A stretch of DNA of 64,000 bases, taken from positions 62,001 through 126,000 of the forward strand of contig NIVC01000328.1 of assembly GCA_002269645.1 (NCBI GenBank). The letters are read 5' to 3'. The notes under the pieces are model-generated. The model had not been told where the DNA came from, did no database searches, and saw nothing but the letters and a program-made list of their open reading frames with translations. This document shows, piece by piece, positions 12,216 through 26,000 of this stretch. The first letter of the stretch is position 1. The number at the start of each line of letters is the position of its first letter. A program made the position numbers and the translations under genes. Source of the stretch: Macrostomum lignano. Taxonomy: Eukaryota.

Positions 12216-15200
12216 CCTGGTCCGTCACTCGCCTTTAACTGAATCGCCAGAAGTCAATTTGAGGCGGCATCAATCAATTCTCATGCTACCCATTGATCAA
12301 TTTTGGCTAGTCTATCATCTAGCAGATGCAATATCGAGTTGAGAGGAGTACTGCAAATCTTAAAGAATGATTCGACAATTCGATAGCATATGCTTATCCG
12401 CGAAAAAAAACATTGACCTTTGTTTGTCGTGCCGGTTTGCGGACAGTACAAACTAATGCCTCTGGTAGTATGCTTATTATGTTGTTGGTTATGTGTGCTC
12501 ATGCCAGCCGTATGGCATCAGCTCTTTAAACTTTTATCCAAAACTGTCTCTTGTTCAAAATAATCATAATAGAGAGAATTTAAATCGTGTTTTACTCAGC
12601 TTGTGTCAATCATCGTGAAAATATCTTATCCCATGCAATAAATCCCAAGGTTTTGTTGTCCTATTTTAGCTTGTTGGCACAACATTATTCTATATTCTAC
12701 TCCCTAAACGCACAATAATTGTAAAAGCACGTGGATTTGTTACACTAACAATGCTTAATCACTTTAACCGGATGCTTATTGGATGTCTAACCAGATTTTA
12801 ATCTTAGCCGGCTTTTTCAATGTCACGTCGTGTTTCTGTTTCTGCTAACTGCTGTTCACAGCGCGCGTTGCCCTTGGTAACGATGATCAGCTTTGTTTTC
12901 GAGAAATTCGACTATCTGCAGTATGTGTTTTTCGTCTCTTTGCGCTAGATAAACTCGTATAACTAAAGTATTTATAAAATATGATATATAATATAGGATA
13001 TAAAAATATAAACAAAACATACTTATTGGTTCACACTGTGCTGTGGACCAAGTCACGAAATAGAGGATATTCAATTTAGCCGTCACATTGTCAGTAGTGC
13101 TTAAATTGATGATAACCAAATTAAGGAGATGACGCCTACAGCTTATAATGGAAGGCTTTGAGAATAAGAGGATGCCACTGGGAATTAAGAAATTGACGTG
13201 GGTAGCTAGGAAGCTTGCGTGTCTTGCCAATAATCGAAGATCGGAAACGATAACGCGAATTACCTGCAGTATAATCAGTTGAGATTGCAGGGACGACATG
13301 GCGTGATCGCAGCGATCTTCACTAGCTGAAAATTAAAGCTCCCCCAGAGGACGAGCGAGGCAGGTCAGCACGTAGGTCGAACTGACAATTCGGAACTTGA
13401 AGGGGTTCATGCAGTCCATTCTATACTAACTCTCGTAGCGTATATATTTAAACCCCTGTTCCGAAAAGTCTGTAGGCTAATGACCGTAGTTTACGCAATT
13501 TTATTCATTTGTTTGGGTTATTTCTAGGGTCAGAGGTAAGCTCGCTAACGATATTGGCCATAGACAACAATGGAGTAACGAAGGGGTACAGAGCAGGGAG
13601 GTGGGGCCACCAATCAGAATTTGGCCCGCAAATGGCCGGGGAAGAAAAATGGGGAGGTGGGTGGGGGGGGGGCGGAACAAGACACAGTGGGGAACGGTAA
13701 GAAAGTGCAGGGCCGGTCCCACCTAGCCCTGAACTATAGATTCCCGGTCACAACAAGATCGTGAGAACGAATTTGAAGATATTAACATACCACTTAAGCT
13801 CCGCCAGAAATCCAAAGCACATCGAAAAAACTCACTGGCTGCAGAGCGGCCATAGACAATTCTAACACCAGATTTACTCACCCCGAGCCTACCCGATATG
13901 ACCCTGTAGACAAAGTCGAAGACTTCTCAGGGGACTTACAATCGGGCCATAGACGGCAGAATTTGAGCAAATGTCAATGGGAATATGGGAGCAAATGACT
14001 AGCTGCTCTGCAGCCGCCGGGTTCGATAGGGTTAAGCTGCATTACGCATATTTCTTGATTTTCCACCTGCTTCTAGAAGCTTTGACATTTTGTTTCGTCT
14101 GTTTTCGAGCTGAAAAACAAGGCATTTAGTTTGAAAGTTAAAAAAACATGCATTTAATAATATTTTTGACAATGAAGGACTTGACTTATATCTAACACTT
14201 CTATATATTTTTTGAAAGCCAAAACGTGAAAATATAAATTGTTTTGTTCTGCAATTGTAAGCAAGCTTAAAAATGGTATTTAGCTTGTTTCTACTTCTGA
14301 ACAAATTGAGTAAACATTTAAATGTCATGGAATAGCTGGGCATATAAATGAAACAATTAATCGTTTTTCCACGTCATGAGGAGTGGAAAGCATGATGGGA
14401 CGTTTAGCTTTACGTTTATGAAACATTTTACATTTTACGCTCGTACTGTGTATTGTATTGTTACTGTACAAATAGGATAATACAAAAAATCAACTGTCAC
14501 CACTGATGATGATACACTTGCACGTTCCATTCAGACTGCAAGGAATTAATTTATTGCTCTATTTTGCATCAAAAAGAAGTGAGACGAAAAAATCTTTGCT
14601 GAGTGCTCACTGCGTGATGTTATCATTTGAAGTATGTATTGCAATAACAAAATGTACGCAACTAAAAGTTTAATAACGTCTAAATGCGATACTAAGAAAA
14701 CATTTACTTTCGCGTTAAATACTTATTAAATATTTTCATTGTATTTTAGCTGTAAGTAGTTTTCGTTATTATCTGGACACAAAAATCAAATGTAAAAACA
14801 TAGTGCAGTATTTTTCAGTAAACTAATTTGCAATAATAAATTAAACGTTTATTGTTTTGTAAAACTGAATTAAATATTCTGCAGTTACCATGATTACTGA
14901 AAACTAACTGACATCTATTTTCTCTTAGCTTCAGATCAGTATTTGTGTTTTTAAAAGTTATGCCTAGATGAATTGGTTTACTTGTCTTAGGCCTAGTAGG
15001 TCTATTTTATAGTACATACAGACTCTAGCGTTTCACTTGTGCGCGGCGAAAGCACCAAAACGGTGTGAAAGTCTGAGTGGTGCACAGCACGGATTTTTTG
15101 GCCCTCTCACTAGAAGGATAAGTATCCAAATTTCCAATTTAGTTTGTATGCATTTTGTTACTTATGGCTATGCACTATGATGTGCATTGTAATAGTCTTA

Positions 15201-15728
15201 CCATTTTACTGACTGGCTAATATAAAGCATTGAGTACCCAAGGTCCCAGTTATTATTGAAATATTGATCACTTTGTCATATTAATTTACAAGGCTACTTT
15301 ATTCCTATTCACTTTATTATATAAATATGATAAAATAAAATATGATAATCTGACAAGCAACCTTATTTAGTTGAGGCCTTATCTATTAATAAAAATCATG
15401 AGTCATGACAGGCATATGCTGGTATGAACATTCTAGTTTTTAATTTTGTCAATACAAATTTAAAAAACAATGACAAGAGTAAAGTTGCTTATATGCCAAC
15501 TTTTTAAAGATATATTCTTGTTTTTAACTTAATTTTAAAGTATCTATTTTTTCTAGAAACTACTCGTATTATTCTTTGTTTTACTTTTGTTTTCCTTTAA
15601 TTTTTTAACTGATATATCTATCATAATTCTTGTAGTTATTAGGTATACTTATTTGATATTAACAAAAATTCACATTCCAGCTTTTTGGCTATAGCCCTTA
15701 ATAATCAATTTAAACTACCTGAATCATC

Positions 15729-15840
15729 ATGCCTTCCTATGCTGAATATCTGAGTGCTGAGAAGCAGAAGGAGCTGCGCGATATTGCCAATGCTATTGCT
15801 GCTCCTGGCAAAGGCATTTTGGCTGCTGATGAAAGCACTG
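15729..15840 (+). CDS. ALDO: Fructose-bisphosphate aldolase class I, exon 1 ([38 protein letters not shown])
   Basis: Canonical [10 protein letters not shown] motif and phase-1 donor GTAAGC. Absent from the ORF track because it is short. Confidence 0.93.
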
Positions 15841-15944
15841 GTAAGCTTTAGTTGCATTTTAGGAATGCTCATTTTGTCTTTTTAATTTTGGTCACTGTAC
15901 TTTTATTATAGCTGTCTTTTTGATGATGTTCAAGGTTGTTTTCT

Positions 15945-16795
15945 CAATGAGGGTCATAGCTGTCTTCCCAATGAGGGTCATTGCTGTCTTCTCAATGAGA
16001 GTCATAGCTGTCTTCCCAATAAGAGTCATAGCTGTCTTTCTAATGAGTCATTGCTATCTTTCTAATGAGGGTCATAGCTTTCTTCCCAATGAGAGTCATA
16101 GCTGTCTTCCCAATGAGAGTCATAGCTGTCTTTCCAATGAGAGTCATAGCTGTCTTCCCAATGAGAGTCATTGCTGTCTTCCCAATGAGAGTCATAGCTG
16201 TCTTCCCAATGAGAGTCAGCTGTCTTTCTAATGAGGGTCATAGCTTTCTTCCCAATGAGAGTCATAGCTGTCTTCCCAATGAGAGTCATAGCTGTCTTTC
16301 TAATGAGGGTCATAGCTGTCTTCCCAATGAGAGTCATCTGTCTTTCCAATGAGTCTGCTGTCTTCCCAATGAGAGTCATAGCTGTCTTTCCAATGAGAGT
16401 CATAGCTGTCTTTCCAATGAGAGTCATAGCTGTCTTTCCAATGAGAGTCATAGCTGTCTTCCCAATGAGAGTCATAGCTTTCTTCCCAATGAGAGTCATA
16501 GCTGTCTTCCCAATGAGAGTCATAGCTGTCTTTCCAATGAGTCATAGCTGTCTTCCCAATGAGAGTCATAGCTGTCTTCCCAATGAGAGTCATAGCTGTC
16601 TTTCCAATGAGAGTCATAGCTGTCTTTCCAATGAGAGTCATAGCTGTCTTCCCAATCAGAGTCATAGCTGTCTTTCCAATGAGAGTCATAGCTGTCTTTC
16701 CAATGAGAGTCATAGCTGTCTTCCCAATGAGAGTCAGCTGTATTCCCAATGAGAGCCATAGCTGTCTTTTCTATGAGGGTCATAGCTGTATTTTC
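15945..16795. repeat. 24-bp minisatellite (CATAGCTGTCTTCCCAATGAGAGT), about 35 copies, in aldolase intron 1
   Basis: Visible period. Confidence 0.95.
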
Positions 16796-17721
16796 AAACA
16801 GTAGAACTTATTAATTTCAGTCCTGTTTTAATTTAAGTTCGGAAATGTTTCAATCCATAAAGTTTTGTGTTTTGAAAAGAAACTTGTTTTATCGAATATT
16901 AAGTCATTTGTTTGCTTTTCTATGACTCGCTCAAAATTCCATTGTTTTTTATTCTTCAAAGTTCATTTAGCACGCTGTGCCTGTACTACTTTGTTTAGTT
17001 TAGATATTAGTGAAAAGTCTGTTTATAAGTTTAATTGACCTTCCAGTGAACTTAGCATATAGTAACGGCTCACTCCATCTACAAGTATAGTCAGAAAGAC
17101 CGTTGGCTAGATTAGAGAAGCGTCCTCCGTATCTGGGCTTGTATTTTGACCCCATACGCACTCCTAGCCTCCTTTCCTCTCTCTCCCCCTCTCTCTGCGC
17201 GAGATTCCAGCCTCTGTAGACGGGCGCAGGGGAAGGTGTACAGCAGGAGTGTACACTTCTGCGCCAGACGGGTCGGCAGGTTTCGACTGGTTTTTATTGA
17301 TCTCCTTCCGAGCGAGACGAGAAGGGGAGAGAGAAAGAGACAGACAGAGAGAGAGCCTGTGCGAGCGTTTGTGTTTGACAAGGGGCCTTAAAGAGTAATA
17401 AAGTACAGTGCAATCTTGGTAAAGCATTCCAGTCAGTTTATTACATTTTCCAGCTAGTAGTCAGTAGTATAAATTGTGCATTAACTTCTATATTTATTAG
17501 AAGTTACATTTTTTTCTATAAACACACAAGTTGGTCTGGTGTTGTTTGTGTCCGTTCTTTGTACTGGAGCGGGACCAAACGGGCTTCGGATGCATTAACA
17601 TTTCCGTCCCTTTGTACTTTTAATTTGGATTGGCCAAAGCTTTGGGCAAGACTGGAATTAAATGGAACCGCACAGCATAAGCATTGGTGCTTGAAGAGCA
17701 TGAATAGTGGATAACAAGTGG

Positions 17722-19275
17722 GGATGAAATACCTGATGAGTGAGTAGCAGTACCTAATGAAATACCTGATGAGTGAGTAGCAATACCTAATGAAATACCT
17801 GATGACTGAGTAGCAGTACCTAATGAAATACCTGATGAGTGAGTAGCAATACCTAATGAAATACCTGATCAGTGAGTAGCAGTACCTAATGAAATACCTG
17901 ATCAGTGAGTAGCAGTACCTAATGAAATACCTGATGAGTGAGTAGCAGTACCTAATGAAATACCTAATGACTGAGTAGCAATACCTAATAAAATACCTGA
18001 TGAGTGAGTAGCAGTACCTAATGAAATACCTAATGACTGAGTAGCAATACCTAATAAAATACCTGATGAGTGAGTAGCAGTACCTAATGAAATACCTAAT
18101 GACTGAGTAGCAATACCTAATGAAATACCTGATCAGTGAGTAGCAGTACCTAATGAAATACCTAATGACTGAGTAGCAATACCTAATGAAATACCTGATC
18201 AGTGAGTAGCAGTACCTAATGAAATACCTGATGGCTGAGTAGCAATACCTAATGAAATACCTGATCAGTGAGTAGCAATACCTAATGAAATACCTAATCA
18301 GTGAGTAGCAGTACCTAATGAAATACCTGATGAGTGAGTAGCAGTACCTAATGAAATACCTGATCAGTGAGTAGCAATACCTAATGAAATACCTGATGAC
18401 TGAGTAGCAATACCTAATGAAATACCTGATCAGTGAGTAGCAGTACCTAATGAAATACCTAATGACTGAGTAGCAATACCTAATGAAATACCTGTTCAGT
18501 GAGTAGCAGTACCTAATGAAATACCTGATGGCTGAGTAGCAATACCTAATGAAATACCTGATGAGTGAGTAGCAATACCTAATGAAATACCTGATGAGTG
18601 AGTAGCAATACCTAATGAAATACCTGATCAGTGAGTAGCAGTACCTAATGAAATACCTGATGACTGAGTAGCAATACCTAATGAAATACCTGTTCAGTGA
18701 GTAGCAGTACCTAATGAAATACCTGATGGCTGAGTAGCAATACCTAATGAAATACCTGATTAGTGAGTAGCAATATCTAATGAAATACCTGATCAGTGAG
18801 TAGCAGTACCTAATGAAATACCTGTTCAGTGAGTAGCAGTACCTAATGAAATACCTGATGGCTGAGTAGCAATACCTAATGAAATACCTGATGAGTGAGT
18901 AGCAATACCTAATGAAATACCTGATGAGTGAGTAGCAGTACCTAATGAAATACCTGATGGGTGAGTAGCAGTACCTATTAAAATACCTGATCAGTGAGTA
19001 GCAGTACCTAATGAAATACCTGATGACTGAGTAGCAATACCTAATGAAATACCTGTTCAGTGAGTAGCAGTACCTAATGAAATACCTGATGGCTGAGTAG
19101 CAATACCTAATGAAATACCTGATGAGTGAGTAGCAATACCTAATGAAATACCTGATGAGTGAGTAGCAGTACCTAATGAAATACCTGATGGGTGAGTAGC
19201 AGTACCTATTAAAATACCTGATGAGTAAGTAGCAGTACATAATGAAATACCTGACGAGTGAGTAGCAGTACTCAC
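17722..19275. repeat. 33-bp minisatellite (GAAATACCTGATGAGTGAGTAGCAGTACCTAAT), about 47 copies, in aldolase intron 1
   Basis: Visible period. The 574-aa minus-strand ORF is read-through. Confidence 0.95.
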
Positions 19276-19387
19276 TGAAGAATCAGGGAGGGGTTAACAC
19301 CAACATGCCTAATGTGTAGTTCGCAGAATGTAATCAACTCATAAATCATAAATTGTTCCAACCTGTCAATTTCTCCTATTCGCCAAG

Positions 19388-19653
19388 GCACCTGCGCCAA
19401 GCGCTTCCAGGGCATCAACGTTGAGAACACCGAGGAGAACCGGCGCCTGTACCGTCAGCTGCTGTTCACCGCCGATGCCGAAGTGTCCAACTATATCTCC
19501 GGCGTGATTCTGTTCCACGAGACCTTCTACCAGAAGGCCGACTGTGGCACTCCGTTCCCGCAGGTGCTGCAGAAGCGCGGCATCATTCCCGGGATCAAGG
19601 TGGACAAGGGCGTCGTGCCGCTGGCCGGCTCGCATGACGAGTGCACCACCCAG
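19388..19653 (+). CDS. ALDO: Aldolase exon 2
   Basis: Encodes [28 protein letters not shown]...GVILFHET...[23 protein letters not shown] and GT boundaries, 266 nt, phases 1 and 0 are consistent. Confidence 0.96.
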
Positions 19654-19728
19654 GTGAGGGCCTTGGAGAGTCTGTTATTGATGAAGTTAATTGGCCCTGG
19701 TTTCTTTCGCCCTATTGATTTCCTTTTG

Positions 19729-20770
19729 TGAATCGCCACTTAGATAATTGCTTCTTAGAAAATCGCCGCTCAGAGAATCGCTTCTTAGAAAATCGCCACT
19801 CAGAGAATCGCTTCTTAGAAAATCGCCACTCAGAGAATCGCTTCTTAGAAAATCGCCACTCAGAGAATCGCTTCTTAGAAAATCGCCGCTCAGAGAATCG
19901 CTTCTTAGAAAATCGCCACTCAGAGAATCGCTTCTTAGAAAATCGCCGCTCAGAGAATCGCTTCTTAGAAAATCGCCACTCAGAGAATCGCTTCTTAGAA
20001 AATCGCCGCTCAGAGAATCGCTTCTTAGAAAATCGCCACTCAGAGAATCGCTTCTTAGAAAATCGCCACTCAGAGAATCGCTTCTTAGAAAATCGCCGCT
20101 CAGAGAATCGCTTCTTAGAAAATCGCCACTCAGAGAATCGCCGCTCAGAGAATCGCTTCTTAGAAAATCGCCACTCAGAGAATCGCTTCTTAGAAAATCG
20201 CCGCTCAGAGAATCGCTTCTTAGAAAATCGCCACTCAGAGAATCGCTTCTTAGAAAATCGCCGCTCAGAGAATCGCTTCTTAGAAAATCGCCGCTCAGAG
20301 AATCGCTTCTTAGAAAATCGCCGTTTAGAGAATCGCTTCTTAGAAATAGAAATTCGCCACTCAGTAAATCGCTTCTTAGAAATAGAAAATCGCCGTTCAA
20401 AGAATCGCTTCTTAGAAATAGAAATTCGCCACTCAGTAAATCGCTTCTTAGAAATAGAAATCGCCACTCAGTAAATCGCTTCTTAGAAAATCGCCGCTCA
20501 GAGAATCGCTTCTTAGAAATAGAAATTCGCCACTCAGTAAATCGCTTCTTAGAAATAGAAATCGCCACTCAGTAAATCGCTTCTTAGAAAATCGCCGCTC
20601 AGAGAATCGCTTCTTATAAGATAGCCGCTCAGAGAATCGCTTCTTAGAAATAGAAAATCGCCACTCAGAGAATCGCTTCTTAGAAAATCGCCGCTCAGAG
20701 AATCGCTTCTTAAAAAATCGCCGCTCAGAGAATCGCAACCTAGAGATCCATCACCTAAAGAATCGCCCCT
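19729..20770. repeat. 30-bp minisatellite built from two related 15-mers (AATCGCTTCTTAGAA + AATCGCCACTCAGAG), in aldolase intron 2
   Basis: Visible period. An AATAGA insertion variant is clustered at 20340-20660. Confidence 0.95.
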
Positions 20771-20802
20771 AGAGAATGGCTGCCCAACCCGACACACTGC
20801 AG

Positions 20803-21003
20803 GGCCTGGACGGCCTGTCGGAGCGCTGCGCCCAGTACAAGAAGGACGGCGCCCAGTTCGCCAAGTGGCGCTGCGTGCTGAAGATCGGGCCAAACACGCC
20901 GTCCTACCAGGCCATGCTGGAGAACGCCAACGTGCTGGCTCGTTACGCTTCCATCTGCCAGCAGAATGGTCTCGTGCCCATTGTTGAGCCGGAGGTGCTG
21001 CAG
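20803..21003 (+). CDS. ALDO: Aldolase exon 3
   Basis: Encodes [28 protein letters not shown]...[23 protein letters not shown]. 201 nt, phases 0 and 0. Confidence 0.96.
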
Positions 21004-21011
21004 GTGAGAAT

Positions 21012-21722
21012 TGGGACCAACCTCTCAGATCCTCAGTTTCAGTGACCAATCTCCCAGACCTGAATCTTGGTCACCAACCTCCCAGATCCTCAATTTCAGT
21101 GACCAACCTCCCAGATCCTCAGTTTCAGTGACCAACCTCCCAGATCCTCAGTTTCAGTGACCAACCTCCCAAATCCTCAGTTTCAGTGACCAACCACCCA
21201 GATCTAAATCTTGGTCACCAACCTCCCAGATACTCAGTTTCAGTGACCAACCTCCCAGATCCTCAGTTTCAGTGACCAACCTCCCAGATCCTCAATTTCA
21301 GTGACCAACCTCCCAGATCCTCAGTTTCAGTGACCAATCTCTCAAATCCTCAGTTTCAGTGACCAACCTCCCAGATCCTCAGTTTCAGTGACCAACCACC
21401 CAGATCCTCAGTTTCAGTGACCAACCTCCCAAATCCTCAGTTTCAGTGACCAACCTCTCAAATCCTCAGTTTCAGTGACCAACCTCCCAAATCCTCAGTT
21501 TCAGTGACCAACCTCCCAAATCCTCAGTTTCAGTGACCAACCACCCAGATCTTCAATTTCAGTGACCAACCTCCTAAATCTTCAATTTCACTGACCAACC
21601 TCCCAAATCTTCAATTTCAGTGACCAACCACCCAGATCCTCAATTTCAGTGACCAACCACCCAGATCCTCAATTTCAGTGACCAACCACCCAGATCCTCA
21701 ATTTCAGTGACCAACTTTCAAA
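21012..21722. repeat. 29-bp minisatellite (GATCCTCAGTTTCAGTGACCAACCTCCCA), about 24 copies, in aldolase intron 3
   Basis: Visible period. The unit aligns to the 28-bp satellite unit. Confidence 0.93.
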
Positions 21723-21834
21723 TCCTCTATACCCTAGCTAACATCTCTCTCACCCATCTTGCCAGTCGTTCGTACAGCTTCCGCATAATTTCTATCTTGA
21801 CTTTCTCATTCACACCGCCGCTCCCGCACTCCAG

Positions 21835-22347
21835 GACGGCGATCACGACCTGGCCACGGCTCAGAAGGTCACCGAGCAGGTGCTAGCCTTCACCTACAAG
21901 GCTCTGGCTGATCACCACGTCTACCTGGAGGGCACCCTGCTCAAGCCCAACATGGTCACTTGCGGCCAGGCCTGCCCTGTTCGCAACACCCCGCAGCAGG
22001 TTGCTGAGGCCACTGTGACGGCCCTGAGCCGCGGCGTGCCGCCAGCCGTTGTCGGGATCACCTTCCTGAGCGGCGGCCAGAGCGAGGAGGACGCCACGGT
22101 CCACCTGGACGCTATCAACAAGTTCCCGGGCCGCAAGCCGTGGGCCCTGACCTTCAGCTACGGCCGCGCCCTGCAGGCCTCTGTGCTGGCGGCCTGGGGC
22201 GGCAAGAAGGAGAACGTGAAGGCCGGACAGGACGAGCTGCTGAAGAGGGCCAGGGCCAACTCGCTGGCCGCTCTGGGCAAGTACGAGGGCGGCATGGGCA
22301 GCGCCGCCGGCCAGAGCTCGCTGTTCGTGAAGAACCATCAGTACTGA
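21835..22347 (+). CDS. ALDO: Aldolase exon 4 (Schiff-base Lys in [11 protein letters not shown]; C-terminal Tyr)
   Basis: Encodes DGDHDL...[12 protein letters not shown]...FLSGGQSEE...[12 protein letters not shown]...LFVKNHQY then TGA. The spliced product is 363 aa, the standard size. Confidence 0.97.
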   Translation, partial: DGDHDLATAQKVTEQVLAFTYKALADHHVYLEGTLLKPNMVTCGQACPVRNTPQQVAEATVTALSRGVPPAVVGITFLSGGQSEEDATVHLDAINKFPGRKPWALTFSYGRALQASVLAAWGGKKENVKAGQDELLKRARANSLAALGKYEGGMGSAAGQSSLFVKNHQY

Positions 22348-23049
22348 GCCCGGGATCAATGCGGCAGAATTGATAAACAACACAGAGATTGACAAAACTT
22401 TTCTATCATTATAGAGTCTCCCTCCTCGACAGCAGACTGACATATATCGGATCAGATAATATTCGAATAATTAATTAACTACCCACTCTCCCGATGTGTA
22501 GTATTTACATTATTATTACTATTACTATTATTATTATTACTTGCGTCATCAATTCTTTGTTTAGATAACAAACCCCAATTTTAGTTTTAGTTTAATCTTA
22601 GTTTCTTAGATAATTCTGAATTTATTATACTCGTATCTGTTTTCTATCCCTCCATCCCTCCCTCGAAAATAGTGTTGTGACCCTGAAGCATGCTCATATT
22701 GTCCACGCAATCCTTTATCGTAGATTGTCCGCAGTTAAGAGACCAAAAGTACAAACAAACTTTAGTTTTCATTCTGATTCTAGCCGCCTCTCTCAGCTGA
22801 ATTGATAGAAAACAACATAGCTTAAACTGCTCATTTTTTAGTGATGGTCTGCTCTGACAGACAAATTCAGCTAAGATAATAATTGATGAAAAGTCGCAAC
22901 AATGACAACAAGAGAAAATAAAAAATAGACTCTATCGCTTCTTTTCGTAGTTTTCCACTCGAACCGGCTTTAGTTCTTTTCGCCTGAAAATTGTAATACC
23001 TTCGTAAGTTTCTGACTGCTTCCTTTTGACTGACTAGTTTTGGTATCCG

Positions 23050-26000
23050 AGTTGCTTGCAGTTGCTGGCCAGCCTCCTCAGTTGCTGGGCCAGCCTCCAG
23101 TAATTCAGTTGCTGGGCCAGCCAGATCCTCAGTTGCTGGGCCAGCCAGATCCTCAGTTGCTGGGCCAGCCTCCCATCTCAGTTGCTGGGCCAGCCTCCCA
23201 GATCTCAGTTGCTGGGCCAGCCTCCCAGATCTCAGTTGCTGGGCCAGCCTCCCAGATCTCAGTTGCTGGGCCAGCCTCCCAGATCATCAGTTGCTGGGCC
23301 AGCCTCCCAGATCATCAGTTGCTGGGCCAGCCTCCCAGATCCTCAGTTGCTGGGCCAGCCTCCCAGATTCAGTTGCTGGGCCAGCCTCCCAGATCTCAGT
23401 TGCTGGGCCAGCCTCCCAGATCCTCAGTTGCTGGGCCAGCCTCCCAGTAATTCAGTTGCTGGGCCAGCCTCCCAGATCCTCAGTTGCTGGGCCAGCCTCC
23501 CAGATCCTCAGTTGCTGGGCCAGCCTCCCAGATCCTCAGTTGCTGGGCCAGCCTCCCAGATTCAGTTGCTGGGCCAGCCTCCCAGTAATTCAGTTGCTGG
23601 GCCAGCCTCCCAGATCCTCAGTTGCTGGGCCAGCCTCCCAGTAATTCAGTTGCTGGGCCAGCCTCCCAGTAATTCAGTTGCTGGGCCAGCCTCCCAGTAA
23701 TTCAGTTGCTGGGCCAGCCTCCCAGATCCTCAGTTGCTGGGCCAGCCTCCCAGATCCTCAGTTGCTGGGCCAGCCTCCCAGATTCAGTTGCTGGGCCAGC
23801 CTCCCAGATCCTCAGTTGCTGAGCGAGCCTCCCAGATCCTCAGTTGCTGGCCAGCCTCCCAGAGTCTCAGTTGCTGGGCCAGCCTCCCAGATCCTCAGTT
23901 GCTGGGCGAGCCTCCCAGAGTGTCAGTTGCTGGGCCAGCCTCCCAGATCCTCAGTTGCTGGCCAGCCTCCCAGAGTGTCAGTTGCTGGGCCAGCCTCCCA
24001 GATCCTCAGTTGCTGGGCCAGCCTCCCAGATCCTCAGTTGCTGGGCCAGCCTCCCAGATCCTCAGTTGCTGGGCCAGCCTCCCAGATCCTCAGTTGCTGG
24101 GCCAGCCTCCCAGATCCTCAGTTGCTGGGCCAGCCTCCCAGATCCTCAGTTGCTGGGCCAGCCTTCCAGATCCTCAGTTGCTGGCCAGCCTCCCAGAGTG
24201 TCAGTTGTTGGGCCAGCCTCCCAGATCCTCAGTTGCTGGCCAGCCTCCCAGATCCTCAGTTGCTGGGCCAGCCTCCCAGAGTGTCAGTTGCTGGGCCAGC
24301 CTCCCAGATCCTCAGTTGCTGGGCCAGCCTCCCAGAGTGTCAGTTGCTGGGCCAGCCTCCCAGATCCTCAGTTGCTGGGCCAGCCTCCCAGATGTCAGTT
24401 GCTGGGCCAGCCTCCCAGATCCTCAGTTGCTGGGCCAGCCTCCCAGATCCTCAGTTGCTGGGCCAGCCTCCCAGATCCTCAGTTGCTGGGCCAGCCTCCC
24501 AGATCCTCAGTTGCTGGGCCAGCCTCCCAGATCCTCAGTTGCTGGGCCAGCCTCCCAGATTCAGTTGCTGGGCCAGCCTCCCAGATCCTCAGTTGCTGAG
24601 CAGCCTCCCAGATCCTCAGTTGCTGGCCAGCCTCCCAGAGTGTCAGTTGTTGGGCCAGCCTCCCAGATCCTCAGTTGCTGGGCCAGCCTCCCAGATCCTC
24701 AGTTGCTGGGCCAGCCTCCCAGATCCTCAGTTGCTGGGCCAGCCTCCCAGATGTCAGTTGCTGGGCCAGCCTCCCAGATCCTCAGTTGCTGGGCCAGCCT
24801 CCAGATCCTCAGTTGCTGGGCCAGCCTCCCAGATCCTCAGTTGCTGGGCCAGCCTCCAGATCCTCAGTTGCTGGCCAGCCTCCCAGATCCTCAGTTGCTG
24901 GGCCAGCCTCCCAGATCCTCAGTTGCTGGGCCAGCCTCCAGATCCTCAGTTGCTGGGCCAGCCTCCCAGAGTGTCAGTTGTTGGGCCAGCCTCCCAGATC
25001 CTCAGTTGCTGAGCGAGCCTCCCAGATCCTCAGTTGCTGGGCCAGCCTCCCAGAGTGTCAGTTGCTGGGCCAGCCTCCCAGAGTGTCAGTTGCTGGGCCA
25101 GCCTCCCAGATCCTCAGTTGCTGGGCCAGCCTCCCAGAGTGTCAGTTGCTGGGCCAGCCTCCCAGATCCTCAGTTGCTGGGCCAGCCTCCCAGATCCTCA
25201 GTTGCTGGGCCAGCCTCCCAGATCCTCAGTTGCTGGGCCAGCCTCCCAGATGTCAGTTGCTGGGCCAGCCTCCCAGATCCTCAGTTGCTGGGCCAGCCTC
25301 CCAGATCCTCAGTTGCTGGCCAGCCTCCCAGAGTGTCAGTTGTTGGGCCAGCCTCCCAGATCCTCAGTTGCTGGCAGCCTCCCAGATCCTCAGTTGCTGG
25401 GCCAGCCTCCCAGAGTGTCAGTTGCTGGGCCAGCCTCCCAGATCCTCAGTTGCTGGGCCAGCCTCCCAGATCCTCAGTTGCTGGGCCAGCCTCCCAGAGT
25501 GTCAGTTGCTGGGCCAGCCTCCCAGATCCTCAGTTGCTGGGCCAGCCTTCCAGATCCTCAGTTGCTGGCCAGCCTCCCAGAGTGTCAGTTGTTGGGCCAG
25601 CCTCCCAGATCCTCAGTTGCTGGGCCAGCCTCCCAGATCCTCAGTTGCTGGGCCAGCCTCCCAGAGTGTCAGTTGCTGGGCCAGCCTCCCAGATCCTCAG
25701 TTGCTGGGCCAGCCTCCCAGATGTCAGTTGCTGGGCCAGCCTCCCAGAGTGTCAGTTGCTGGGCCAGCCTCCCAGATCCTCAGTTGCTGGGCCAGCCTCC
25801 CAGATCCTCAGTTGCTGGGCCAGCCTCCCAGATGTCAGTTGCTGGGCCAGCCTCCCAGATCCTCAGTTGCTGGGCCAGCCTCCCAGATCCTCAGTTGCTG
25901 GGCCAGCCTCCCAGATCCTCAGTTGCTGGCCAGCCTCCCAGATCCTCAGTTGCTGGGCCAGCCTCCCAGATGTCAGTTGCTGGGCCAGCCTCCCAGATGT

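Noticed and set aside
17110-17400. GC-rich block with AATAAA on the minus strand (solo-LTR or alternative-exon candidate) in aldolase intron 1
   Set aside because: No TG...CA ends, TSD or second copy are visible, and it has no aldolase-like coding.
17722-19275. Hammerhead-ribozyme-like motifs (CTGATGAG ... GAAA) in every 33-bp unit
   Set aside because: Helix II lacks the closing G-C pair and does not pair well. Only 3 nt separate GAAA from the next CTGATGA, and there is no GTA-T-H partner for helix III. An Infernal scan with hammerhead models would settle it.
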